From: Candidatus Peregrinibacteria bacterium
GTDB lineage: Bacteria; Patescibacteriota; Gracilibacteria; Peribacterales; Peribacteraceae
Reading direction: 5' to 3'
DNA: 40,649 nt
Assembly: GCA_016201685.1 (NCBI GenBank)
Contig: JACQCJ010000008.1
Coordinates: forward strand, 1 to 40,649
In this document: piece after piece, positions 1 to 8,991 of the stretch
How positions within the stretch are numbered: the first letter of the stretch is position 1
How the letters are laid out: the number at the start of each line of letters is the position of its first letter
Position numbers and translations under genes: made by a program
The notes under the pieces: model-generated
Database searches by the model: none
What the model was told of the DNA's origin: nothing
The model's input: only the letters and a program-made list of their open reading frames with translations

Positions 1-1
1 C

Positions 2-589
2 GAATCGACCATCGCCGCGCTCGATGCGCTGGGGGACGACGTGCGGACGATCATCCTCGGCGGGCAGGACCGAGGGAACGATTTCACGGAACTGGGAAAG
101 AGGATTCTCGATTCGCGAATCGAGACCGTGATTCTCTTTCCAGGCAGTGGAGCGAGGATGCGGGAGGCGATTGCCGCCAATGCCTCCACCCCCGACCCCT
201 CCTCCGATGGAGGAGGAGGAAATGCTCCAATGATGGAAGTCACCCCTTTCTCCCCCGGAGAAAGGGGCTGGGGGATAGAGGAAAAAACAAAAAAAACAAA
301 CAACACGTCGCGCATTCGCTTCTTCGAAGCTTCCTCCATGCAACTAGCTGTCTCCATCGCCGTTCAAAAAACGAATAACGAAAAACGAAAAACGATACCG
401 ATCGTCCTCCTCTCCACCGCCTCCCCCAGCTACGGCATGTTCACGAATTTTGAGGAGAAGGGGGAACAGTTTCAGCACTGGATCCGTCCCCAACTTTCAC
501 TTTTGCAGGGCGCAGGAACTTCCCGTGGAGCTCGTAGCCGTCCTCGAAGACCTCGAGGATCTCGCCCTCCTTCCCGGGACCGACGGTGA
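2..589 (+). CDS. murD: UDP-N-acetylmuramoylalanine--D-glutamate ligase (MurD), C-terminal part; 5' end lies outside the window
   Basis: The frame is open from the window edge (ESTIAALDALGDDVRTIILGGQDRGNDF...). It shows the Mur-ligase C-terminal domain pattern and a MurD-type end, SPSYGMFTNFEEKGEQF. It carries a ~40-aa low-complexity insert (nt 183-304). Its 35-aa Arg-rich tail is antisense to grpE. Confidence 0.8.
   Translation, partial: ESTIAALDALGDDVRTIILGGQDRGNDFTELGKRILDSRIETVILFPGSGARMREAIAANASTPDPSSDGGGGNAPMMEVTPFSPGERGWGIEEKTKKTNNTSRIRFFEASSMQLAVSIAVQKTNNEKRKTIPIVLLSTASPSYGMFTNFEEKGEQFQHWIRPQLSLLQGAGTSRGARSRPRRPRGSRPPSRDRR
183..304 (+). repeat. GC-rich double-hairpin palindromic element, copy A (in frame inside murD)
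   Basis: Sequence: cctccacccccgacccctcctccGATggaggaggagg ... cccctttctccCCCggagaaaggggctggggg, followed by an A/C-rich tail aaaaaacaaaaaaaacaaacaac. It has the same module order as copies at 19658-19775 and 21083-21169 and the same termini as 15625-15778. Confidence 0.75.
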
Positions 590-1091
590 TGACTTCGTGG
601 CGGGCGGTATCCACCTGTTGACCCAAAACATCCATCTTTCGCAGACCAGACTCGGTGAGCTGCCGGAGGAAATCCTGCTCGATCGCGGTGATGCCTTTCA
701 CCCATTCGACGATCTCAGGGCGAGCCCATTCGAGAATCTCAGAGCTTGCCGATTCGTGATTCTGGAGATCGACGGGCAATTGCTGGAACGCGCGCTGGAA
801 GTGATCGACGACCGGGAGGAGCTTCTTGAGGAACGCTTCGGCCGCGTACTTGCGCAGATCATCGGCATCCTTCCCCATGCGCTGCTTGGCGTTCTGCAAG
901 TCCGCCTGGGCCCGTCCCGCGAGCTCCGCGAGCTTTGTCACCTGCTGCTGCAATTCGAGAATCTTGGCCTCGAGTTCTGCGACGCGCGCATCATTGCTCG
1001 TTGATGATCGCCCCTGACTGCCGACCATGGCGTCATTGGATGACTGTCCAGCCTTGCCGGATTTCTTCACGTCCTTTGGGGATGGTTCCAT
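441..1091 (-). CDS. grpE: Nucleotide exchange factor GrpE
   Basis: 216-aa ORF with an N-terminal coiled coil (ELEAKILELQQQVTKLAELAGRAQADLQNAKQR) and a GrpE core (LLPVVDHFQRAF ... HEVITVGPGKEGEILEVFEDGYELHGKFLRPAKVKV). Confidence 0.9.
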   Translation of the reverse strand: MEPSPKDVKKSGKAGQSSNDAMVGSQGRSSTSNDARVAELEAKILELQQQVTKLAELAGRAQADLQNAKQRMGKDADDLRKYAAEAFLKKLLPVVDHFQRAFQQLPVDLQNHESASSEILEWARPEIVEWVKGITAIEQDFLRQLTESGLRKMDVLGQQVDTARHEVITVGPGKEGEILEVFEDGYELHGKFLRPAKVKVGDGSSAETVPPSPQNS

Positions 1092-1256
1092 GGCATCATT
1101 CTAAAGAATCAAGGGAACGTGCTCAACTGGAAGCGGAAAGATGGTGCCAAACGACGTCACTGCACCCACCTGCAAGGCATTGTCGGCTCGAGAACAGAGC
1201 CATCGTTCGATCCATTGTTCTCTCCCGAGCTCCGTGAAACATGAATACCAATCACG

Positions 1257-3389
1257 TTAATCGGGGATTTGCTTCTTCTCGCCTCCCAGTTCCTTCCATG
1301 TGAGGCCGGGCAGTGATGCAGGCTCTACGCGTAAACCTTGTCGCGCGAGCTGTGGGCGGAGTTGGCTGAGCGCGGCCTGAATATCGTCGTGGTTGCCGTA
1401 GAGAAGTTCGGCAAGTTTCCAGGGGATGGAACCAGGCATCACTTCTGCGGCTGTGAGGACGGTTTCCACCTGTACCCACGCCGGATGTATGCCATCCTCG
1501 ATGCCCCGCAGGAGCTTTGCCAGCGTGCCATGATAGAGCTCGGGAAAGCGCGAAGCACTGAAAGCTTTTGCACTGATCTCCTGTGCGTGGATGAGTGTTA
1601 AGAGAAGGCGGCAGAGCGGGCGTCGCGACTGTCCTATATGCCCGAACCCCTCCTTCAGGAGTGTTTCTGGAAAGCGCGCATACCAATCGCGTTCGGTTTC
1701 CGGAGTGATCTCTGCACCGCAAGACTCCAGAAGACTTTTCAGCATCGGGAGAGGAGGGCAAGCGCGTTCTTCTGCAATTCTCCTGAGCATCGGCGCACTC
1801 ATGGATCTGCTGCGATCGCCGGTCTTCCGCTGTATGGCCTCCGTCAGGAAATCATAATTGCCCATTCCCTCTCGCAGCAGCAGGACAGTCTGAGCAACGG
1901 TGGTTCCCCGTTGGCAGTGTATGGGCAATTCCCCCTTTCTCCGTCTGCGGTTGAGGGCTTTTTCCGACCGCTTCTGCCCCAAGTCTTCGGTGAGACGAAG
2001 CAATGTTTGCATGATGGTCTCTGAGAGGAATCTTGTTTCAACATTGCCTCGTTCCGTCTCGATGATCTGTTCCCTCAGCAGCGTTGCATCTGCCGCATCA
2101 GCGCGGAGAGAAGATGCAAGTTGTCCCGGTGACACCCCGTTGAATTCCCGAGCAATGCGCAGGATCAATCCCTTGCCTTTTGCCCCCTCGCCGCCGCGCA
2201 GATAATGACGCTCGCGATCGGCATGGAAGAGCGCGCGCAATTGAGCTGTCAATTCCCTATCATCATCGCACACCAGGTCGACCAAGGCCCGCGGCGGCGC
2301 CAGCGTGGAGAGCCCATTTGCTTGCATCATCTTCCGGATGACACTGCTCGGCCGGAAACCCTCCTTCCGGGTTTTCTTGTAGCCTTCCGTTCTTTGCTCC
2401 GGAGGGGTGATGTTGAGACAGTAGGCGAGTTCTTGGTTGTTCCATCCATGTTCGTCGCGCGCCCTTTCCCAGGCGGTGGTGAATGACTGTCGCTTTTTAT
2501 CTTGTACAACCAAGGTCCGCCATGCCGTGTAAAACGCTCCAAGCTCCTTGGCTGGAATCACCCTGCGGGCGATCGATTCGATGGCATCCCATGGCAGGAT
2601 ATCCCCGTTGAGAATGCCGTTCGCTGTTTTTGACTGGAGATCGAACCAGCGGGACATCGTCTTGCCGTTGAGGGTTTCTCCTGCACTGCCCATCTGACGT
2701 TCTGCGCCGATGAGCAAACGTTGCAGCGGCTGTTCGAGTGTTCGCTGCGTATAGCGTGCTGTTTTCTCCCGTGTCCATATCCTTGTTCCCTGTTCGAGTC
2801 GCAGCCTGTGCTTCTTCTCCTGCTCCGCGCCATTGCCCGCATACAGTTCCCGCACAATACGAACCACTTCTGCGAGAGCCGGAACGACTTCTCCCTGTTC
2901 GCGTCCCCAGAGAGTTCCGATGTTGATGCCTGCGGCGCGCTCGAATGCGTCCACGCCGCATTCAATGCAGATCTTGCGATAGAATCCTTCGAAACCTCCT
3001 CCCCTATCCTCCTCGAGCAGTTCGAGCAATTGTTCCCGGATGCCGGAGACGATGCCCTGTTTTTCCCAGAAGCGGAGGATGGCTGTTTTGACGTGATACT
3101 GCTTTTTCTCGTGCCCTTCTCTCTCGAGTTCCAGAAGCGCGACAGCATTGGCGCTGATGCCCGTCGCCTTCGAGAACCGTTTGCGCGACAGATGCAAAAT
3201 GGACCAACGCACCGTTGCGAGGAGCCGTCCGATCTGCGCCGCAGGGAGAGGAAAATCCTTCTCGCTCCTCTCGAAGATGCTGCGCAGCAGATGGTTGTTC
3301 TTCTGGGCTCCTTCGCGCTGGCGCAGAGGCATGCACGCAGGATCCACATAGTCAGGCTGCCGGAGATCAAGGCGTTCATCGGCGTGCAT
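1257..3389 (-). CDS. Poly-HTH protein of unknown function, 710 aa (paralog 1 of 2)
   Basis: Long ORF that overlaps the upstream paralog by 14 nt. It aligns by eye along its whole length with the 3376-5535 product. It contains repeated XRE-like HTH-looking segments (LSRKRFSKATGISANAVALLE; GVDAFERAAGINIGTLWGREQG; NNQELAYCLNITPPEQ; NGVSPGQLASSL). I see no enzymatic motif. Confidence 0.8.
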   Translation of the reverse strand: MHADERLDLRQPDYVDPACMPLRQREGAQKNNHLLRSIFERSEKDFPLPAAQIGRLLATVRWSILHLSRKRFSKATGISANAVALLELEREGHEKKQYHVKTAILRFWEKQGIVSGIREQLLELLEEDRGGGFEGFYRKICIECGVDAFERAAGINIGTLWGREQGEVVPALAEVVRIVRELYAGNGAEQEKKHRLRLEQGTRIWTREKTARYTQRTLEQPLQRLLIGAERQMGSAGETLNGKTMSRWFDLQSKTANGILNGDILPWDAIESIARRVIPAKELGAFYTAWRTLVVQDKKRQSFTTAWERARDEHGWNNQELAYCLNITPPEQRTEGYKKTRKEGFRPSSVIRKMMQANGLSTLAPPRALVDLVCDDDRELTAQLRALFHADRERHYLRGGEGAKGKGLILRIAREFNGVSPGQLASSLRADAADATLLREQIIETERGNVETRFLSETIMQTLLRLTEDLGQKRSEKALNRRRRKGELPIHCQRGTTVAQTVLLLREGMGNYDFLTEAIQRKTGDRSRSMSAPMLRRIAEERACPPLPMLKSLLESCGAEITPETERDWYARFPETLLKEGFGHIGQSRRPLCRLLLTLIHAQEISAKAFSASRFPELYHGTLAKLLRGIEDGIHPAWVQVETVLTAAEVMPGSIPWKLAELLYGNHDDIQAALSQLRPQLARQGLRVEPASLPGLTWKELGGEKKQIPD

Positions 3390-5535
3390 GATCAGTCGTG
3401 AAGGAGGGAAGAGTCGCTGCGTCGTATCCGAGCTCTTCCGGCGTGAGCCCCGGGAGGTGGAACGGATGCACGTTCAGATGTTGCTTGCGCAGAAGAAGGC
3501 GCACATGCTTCAGCGCTTTTGCAACATCATCGTTGTTCTCGTACAGCGCTTGCGCCAAGTTCCATGCCAGGGAACGCGGCGACTCCTCCGCTGCGGTCAG
3601 AATCTGAGAGAGGTAATGCCAGTGAGGTCGTTCCCCTCTTTCCAGTCGCTGAATCGTCTGCAACGCCGTCGCTTGATGCATGTCCGGAATGCGCTCGCGA
3701 CAGAAGTCGCCGATGGTAATGGCATGAGCATGGATGAGTGTCAGGAGGAGTCGCGGCAAGGGTTTTGTGAGCGGGAGACGCCTCCTGGACTGGAGATGCA
3801 GAGGGAAGTGGACAAACCAATCCGCCATCACTTCTTCGGAGAGCGATGTGCCGCATGCCTCCAGCATTGTGCGCACGAGCGGCAAGGGGGGGCAATCTTC
3901 TCCGCTCGCGATTCTTCGCAGCCGCCCCGGTCCCAGCATCCATCGTACGTCCGATGCGTTCTCGCGCACTCGATCGGAGAGATGACGGAATCCCCGGAGG
4001 CCTTCCGCCGGGAGGGCTGCCGCCTCACGCACGGTCGCAGCATGGAGGCAGTGTTCGGGAATGACGCCCGGTCGGCGTTGCCTGGACCGCGCCGATGCGA
4101 GCTTCTGATATCCGATGGCATCGATCGCGCGGAGCATCCCGGCAATTTCCTTCCGATGCGTTTCCTCTTCGGGAATATAGCCCCACTCGATCCGGGCGAG
4201 TCGCGTGGCCAATCGAGACGCGTCGCTCGGATGCTTCCGACAGAGTTCCTCTGCGACTTGTATGGGTGTTGTGCCATTGCATTCCCGACTGATGCGGAGC
4301 CGAAGGCCGATGCCGCTTGTATCGCTGCCGCTGCGGCGGTAATGACGTTCCCGCTCAAGAAAAAAGAGCTCGAGCAGTCTTTTCTCCGTCTCCTCATCCC
4401 CTGCGACCAAGCCGATCTGCGTGCGGATACAGGCCTGATCGAAGAAGCCCCCCTCCCTGATGGAGCGCCGTATGGCAGCGGATTTGCGATAGTTCTGCTT
4501 TCGTTCGATGGCATGGGACTTTCCACGATCCTTGGAGTCGCGGATGTCTTGCGCATAGGCCAGCTCCGCGAGTTGTATGTGCCGCAGCTCGCGCACATGG
4601 TGGAATTCTTTTTCAAATGTGATCCTCCCCTGCTCTGTTTTCCACGCGTCATTCCATGCAACTGCGAGCGCGCGGCGACGTTCTTCGGGCAATACTGAGT
4701 GTGCCAGATGCTGCACGACATCCCATGGCACGAGCTTGCCGTTCATCAGATCGTTTGCAGCCTGCTGATTCATTCCCAACTTTTTCCAGAGAAGAGGGCC
4801 GGCCAGAATCTTCCCGTGCTCTTCCGCAACATGAATTTCCAGCGCGATGAGAAAGTCGGCCAGTGTCTCCTCGAGTGTCCGCTCGCGCAGTTGTTGTCTC
4901 TTCTCGTTGGACCATGCATTTTGTCCCTGGTGCAAGCGCGTCGCATGCAATGCATCATCCCTGTTCCTGCCGCCGAAGAGCTTCTGCACGATCGACTGCA
5001 CCGTGAGGTAGGGAGGAACGGTCGCACGTGCTTTGTGATGACTGAGTTTTTGCAGATCGATTCCGGAAAACGCTGTAAACCGCTCCGGGCCCACCTCGTA
5101 CATCAGCCGTTGGTAGAATCCTCCGAGTCCGCCGTGTTCTTCCTGCAGGAGCTCGAGGAGTTGTTCGCGGATTTCCCGGACAATGCCCTGCTTCCGCCAG
5201 AAGGCGAGGACACGTGCGAGAATGTCGCGGTGCGTGTTCTCCAATGGCCGTCCGTTCTCGAGATTCATGTACGAGGCGAGACCGATCCCCGCTTTGCGAA
5301 CGAACGCGCGTCGCGTCAATTCCAGGATGGGCCAGCGGACCGTCACCAGGAGCCGCCCGATCTGCGCTTGTGGGGATGGAAATGACTTCTCCGTCTTTCG
5401 AAAGACGCTGCGAATCATCTGATTATTCATGCTTGCATGACTGGATGCCGGAGACGGAAGTCCTTCCGTTGCGACGAGCAGCGGTTCTGCGAGGTCGATG
5501 GGATTGTGCGTCGCCATAGGAATGCGGTTGATCAT
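3376..5535 (-). CDS. Poly-HTH protein of unknown function, 719 aa (paralog 2 of 2)
   Basis: Long ORF whose start overlaps the upstream helicase stop by 4 nt (ATGA). Blocks shared with 1257-3389 include AQIGRLL.TVRW.IL, W.KQGIV..IREQLLELL, ERERHY.R.G and RLLLTLIHA. Confidence 0.8.
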   Translation of the reverse strand: MINRIPMATHNPIDLAEPLLVATEGLPSPASSHASMNNQMIRSVFRKTEKSFPSPQAQIGRLLVTVRWPILELTRRAFVRKAGIGLASYMNLENGRPLENTHRDILARVLAFWRKQGIVREIREQLLELLQEEHGGLGGFYQRLMYEVGPERFTAFSGIDLQKLSHHKARATVPPYLTVQSIVQKLFGGRNRDDALHATRLHQGQNAWSNEKRQQLRERTLEETLADFLIALEIHVAEEHGKILAGPLLWKKLGMNQQAANDLMNGKLVPWDVVQHLAHSVLPEERRRALAVAWNDAWKTEQGRITFEKEFHHVRELRHIQLAELAYAQDIRDSKDRGKSHAIERKQNYRKSAAIRRSIREGGFFDQACIRTQIGLVAGDEETEKRLLELFFLERERHYRRSGSDTSGIGLRLRISRECNGTTPIQVAEELCRKHPSDASRLATRLARIEWGYIPEEETHRKEIAGMLRAIDAIGYQKLASARSRQRRPGVIPEHCLHAATVREAAALPAEGLRGFRHLSDRVRENASDVRWMLGPGRLRRIASGEDCPPLPLVRTMLEACGTSLSEEVMADWFVHFPLHLQSRRRLPLTKPLPRLLLTLIHAHAITIGDFCRERIPDMHQATALQTIQRLERGERPHWHYLSQILTAAEESPRSLAWNLAQALYENNDDVAKALKHVRLLLRKQHLNVHPFHLPGLTPEELGYDAATLPSFTTDHARR

Positions 5536-7922
5536 GAAGGTGAGTTCACAGTGACGCGTCTCCTTCGCTCGTCAATGCTCTTCATTGCTCTTTTCATCTG
5601 CAGCAGAACGTAATTGCCAGAAAACCGTTTTCTCCTCGCTTCGGCAATATAGTCTTTCACGCGCGCCTCCATGGAAACCCTGTAAGAGCCCGTTCGTTCC
5701 GCGTAGAATCCGCGATCCCTTTCTTCCGCATATTGCATGAACGCTTCGATGCTGAGAAGGTCGCACGGCGTGTTGTACAGCTCCGCTTCCAATGTGTTTC
5801 CGAGTGAGGGAGCCGTGGCTTCCAGCGGCGTGCCGCGCTTCTCGGTCTTCGCGCGGTGCTCCATTGCCGAAGGAATCTTTGAGGAAGGGAATGCCTTGCC
5901 TCCCTGCGTCTTCTCACGATCCGCCTCGTACGCCTTGCTGCCCATGATGCAGTGATCATCGACCCAGGTGAGTGCATTCTTGGGCACGAGACCCTGGTCT
6001 TCCAACAGGCGCAGGATCGTCAGTTCCGGGTTCATGTCGCTCAGGAGCTGTTGCCAGAAGAGCGCGCGGTAATTCTGCGGACCACGGCGATGTCGCATGC
6101 TGTGCGTCAGCCGTCCGAAGAGTTGCATGAGCTGATGCTCGTTCATCTTCGCCATCGCGACGCACAGTTCAATGTTCTCAAGATGCACCGCCATGCCCAT
6201 GTTGGTCGTGGTTGAGACTGCGAAGTGGGGCAACTGGTCAGGCTGGTCCTGCTCGTTGACGAACCAGAGTTGGATTCCTTCTTTGTCATTCCCGGACTTG
6301 CCGTCGTGGCAGAGGACTTTCCCGGGCAAGTTCCGCTCTTTGAGCTGCCGTTCCAAACGGTGCGCCACTTCGCGAGTCGTCGACGGAGGGACGACGATGA
6401 GACTGTTGCGCTGCCACGGCTGTTTTTCTCCCAACTGCTTCAGAAGGAGTGATTCCTTGAAGAATGCTCCTTCGAACTGTGCGTACGCCTCCTCCGTTCC
6501 GCTTCCGTGGACGTCTCTTCCCTGTGTTCCAATCAACCGAAAGCCGATGTTCGGGAGGATGCCCCGCTCGACGGCTTCGGGAATGCTGAGGGAAGGCGAG
6601 CGTGTCCACAGAGGCACCAGCTGATCTTTTCCGGATGCGGCGATGATCACCGGCGGCTGTTTGCCTCCCGCCTCCCGCACGGGTGTCGCGAATTGGAGCG
6701 GGTTCATTGCCACTGCTTCATCGAGCGTGATGAACACGGTGCCTTTGAGGAGGTTGCCGATTGCTTCCCTTGACCGATGACCAGTGAAGGAACCTGACGT
6801 CAGCAACAAAAAGCGGGGTGTTGCCACAGCATCCTTGGGTTCAGGAGAGTTCTTCATTATTCGCCATTCTTTCCTTCCGACATGGATGGGAAAATCACTT
6901 GCAGGAATCCCATACGTCGCATCTCCTCCATACGCAAGTCGGTCTTTCTCTCCTAGTGGAGGAATGGGAGGAGCGGCAATCAGATCAGGGTGATTGTAGA
7001 TGCCTCTGACGATCACGTGCGATCCGTCGATCAGCTTGCCTATCTGTTCGATGCACGCATGTGCATTCGGTACGGTCTTCTCGAATTCTTCCAGTCGGTT
7101 TCGATCCTGCAGGGATCGGCGCACGATTTCCGCGCCGGCTGCAGTGCCCCGCTCGCCCGTGAACAATGGAGACCACACCTTTCGCGAGATACATCTCTGC
7201 ATCTTGTCCCCATAGAGCTTCGCAATATCGCGGTAGTACCGACTGATCTCTTGAGCAGTGACGGTATAGGGGGGGCTCCGGAGAATCCGTTGTTGTGCGC
7301 CGAAGGCCTGCTGGGCCATATGGGTCGGCTTTGCCGTGACGAATGCGCCGATTTTGGGATCCTCTCCTTCCTCCACACGGCGGTCTTGCCAGCGCAAGAA
7401 TGCTTCGTTGCAGACTCCAAGCTCGATCGTTTTGCCGCTTCCGGGGGGATTGCGGAGCAGAATCGCGGCCATCTCGCCGCGTTTCCCGGTGCACAACGAA
7501 GCCAGGACGTAGAAGAGATGTCCGATCTGGTCTTCGCGCATGTGCAGTCCGTTCACCTTCCACCGGCGCCATTCGAGTTCGGTGAGGAGGAGGGCGAGCT
7601 CACGGGTGAGTTCCTGCGAGAATGCGTCCGACTGCCGATACCGCTCTTGGATGAACAGCTGCGGATCCGCCGGTGACGGCTCAATCTTCTGACTCGATTC
7701 CGAGCGCATTCCCTTTCCCCACTTCCAATGCGATTCGTCATGGTAGACTTTGATCATGAGCCGATGCAGTTGCGTGTAGATTTTCCCGAATTCTCTTGTG
7801 GGAGACCCGTCGCGCTCGATTTCAGGCAAAGCCGGCAATGCGAAGAAGATCTTGGGAATCATGGAGGATGAGGAGGGCAATCCTAGTCGTATTCTTCGTT
7901 CATGGACAAGGGATTCATTCAT
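5532..7922 (-). CDS. Divergent SF2 helicase-like ATPase, 796 aa
   Basis: Motifs: Walker A-like PPGSGKT (nt 7428-7448), motif II FITLDEAVAM (LDEA at nt 6714-6725), IIAASG, a helicase C-domain-like STTTNMGMAV and QLFGRLTH. Motifs I and II are ~235 aa apart. The termini are unassignable. An alternative start exists at 7862. Confidence 0.75.
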   Translation of the reverse strand: MNESLVHERRIRLGLPSSSSMIPKIFFALPALPEIERDGSPTREFGKIYTQLHRLMIKVYHDESHWKWGKGMRSESSQKIEPSPADPQLFIQERYRQSDAFSQELTRELALLLTELEWRRWKVNGLHMREDQIGHLFYVLASLCTGKRGEMAAILLRNPPGSGKTIELGVCNEAFLRWQDRRVEEGEDPKIGAFVTAKPTHMAQQAFGAQQRILRSPPYTVTAQEISRYYRDIAKLYGDKMQRCISRKVWSPLFTGERGTAAGAEIVRRSLQDRNRLEEFEKTVPNAHACIEQIGKLIDGSHVIVRGIYNHPDLIAAPPIPPLGEKDRLAYGGDATYGIPASDFPIHVGRKEWRIMKNSPEPKDAVATPRFLLLTSGSFTGHRSREAIGNLLKGTVFITLDEAVAMNPLQFATPVREAGGKQPPVIIAASGKDQLVPLWTRSPSLSIPEAVERGILPNIGFRLIGTQGRDVHGSGTEEAYAQFEGAFFKESLLLKQLGEKQPWQRNSLIVVPPSTTREVAHRLERQLKERNLPGKVLCHDGKSGNDKEGIQLWFVNEQDQPDQLPHFAVSTTTNMGMAVHLENIELCVAMAKMNEHQLMQLFGRLTHSMRHRRGPQNYRALFWQQLLSDMNPELTILRLLEDQGLVPKNALTWVDDHCIMGSKAYEADREKTQGGKAFPSSKIPSAMEHRAKTEKRGTPLEATAPSLGNTLEAELYNTPCDLLSIEAFMQYAEERDRGFYAERTGSYRVSMEARVKDYIAEARRKRFSGNYVLLQMKRAMKSIDERRRRVTVNSPS

Positions 7923-7992
7923 TCTCCTCTCTGGCCTATCCTACAAACCTCCTCTTCCCGACCTTCACGATCAGCTCCTTACTCTCGCTTTC

Positions 7993-8991
7993 ATGCGCTC
8001 CGATGAATATCCGATTGTCCGGCACATTCTCGACGGCGGATCGCCGAAGGCTCACGTTTTCCATCTCGATGTTCTTCTGAACGGCACCTCCCGCGGACAC
8101 GCTCTTCTTGGTCCCACGATGTACATGGACCATGGTCGAGCGATCTCACCTTTGGGAGCAATCCGCTGCATCGCCGACGTGAACAGAACGGCGACTTTCC
8201 TGCGCGGCGTTCATGAAGCCATCCGCGACGTGCTCGCGAGGACGCGTCGCCGCCCGCTCCAGGTGCTCGATGCCGGGTGCGGGCCGTACGCCGCACTCAC
8301 GCTGCCTCTGCTCAGCCAGTTCGACGAGGGACAGATCCATCTCGATTGCGTGGACATGCACCCTTCTTCGTGTGAGCAGGTGGTGCGTACCGCCCGTGCG
8401 TTCCGCCAGGAATGCGTTCATGTGATCTGCGGCGATGTGATGAGACATCCCGAAGTCCGCCGACGCCTCTACGATGTGATCGTCACAGAAACGCTCTATT
8501 CGGCATTGTTGCAAGAGCCTCAAGCGGCGATCACGGCGTCGCTCGCGCCCCTGGTTCGACCGGATGGCGCGTGGGTTCCCGCATCGGTACACGTTCGCGC
8601 GTATCTCGCGGACAGGAGTTCTCGTGAGAACGTGGAGACGGAACATGTGGGACAGATTGCAGCGCTTTCCCCTGCGTCCGCCCAAGAACTTGTCGAACAA
8701 GGCATCGACCGAACGTTCGCGATTCCTCGTAGCGTCCAGCATGATGAACGAGAGCGCAAACTCATGCTCGGGACTTCGATCGACGTGTACGGCGCTCACA
8801 TGCTGCGCGAAGAGGGGGCGCTCCTGACCAGTGCCGCCCCGTTCGGGAGAATGCCTGTCGCGCCTCGGCCGGAAACTGTGCACATTCGCTACCGGCCGGG
8901 AGGCGAAGTGGATGAAGTGAAGATCGAATGGGGCTCGAGTGATGACGTCAGCGAATCGTCACGGAGACGAATCTCCTCTTCCCCACCTTGA
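7993..8991 (+). CDS. Class I SAM-dependent methyltransferase, PRMT-like
   Basis: Motif I is VLDAGCGPYA (from nt 8263). There is an acidic post-I residue (HLDCVDM). VTETLYSALLQE has E-x8-E spacing (nt 8488-8517), like the PRMT double-E loop. I chose the ATG at 7993; the upstream part of the ORF overlaps the divergent helicase gene. The 3' end overlaps tyrS by 44 nt. Confidence 0.7.
   Translation: MRSDEYPIVRHILDGGSPKAHVFHLDVLLNGTSRGHALLGPTMYMDHGRAISPLGAIRCIADVNRTATFLRGVHEAIRDVLARTRRRPLQVLDAGCGPYAALTLPLLSQFDEGQIHLDCVDMHPSSCEQVVRTARAFRQECVHVICGDVMRHPEVRRRLYDVIVTETLYSALLQEPQAAITASLAPLVRPDGAWVPASVHVRAYLADRSSRENVETEHVGQIAALSPASAQELVEQGIDRTFAIPRSVQHDERERKLMLGTSIDVYGAHMLREEGALLTSAAPFGRMPVAPRPETVHIRYRPGGEVDEVKIEWGSSDDVSESSRRRISSSPP

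Noticed and set aside
1092-1256. A CIRCE heat-shock operator (TTAGCACTC-N9-GAGTGCTAA) upstream of grpE.
   Set aside because: It is not present on either strand. Only a weak GAGAACA/TGTTCTC hairpin without a U-run is visible.
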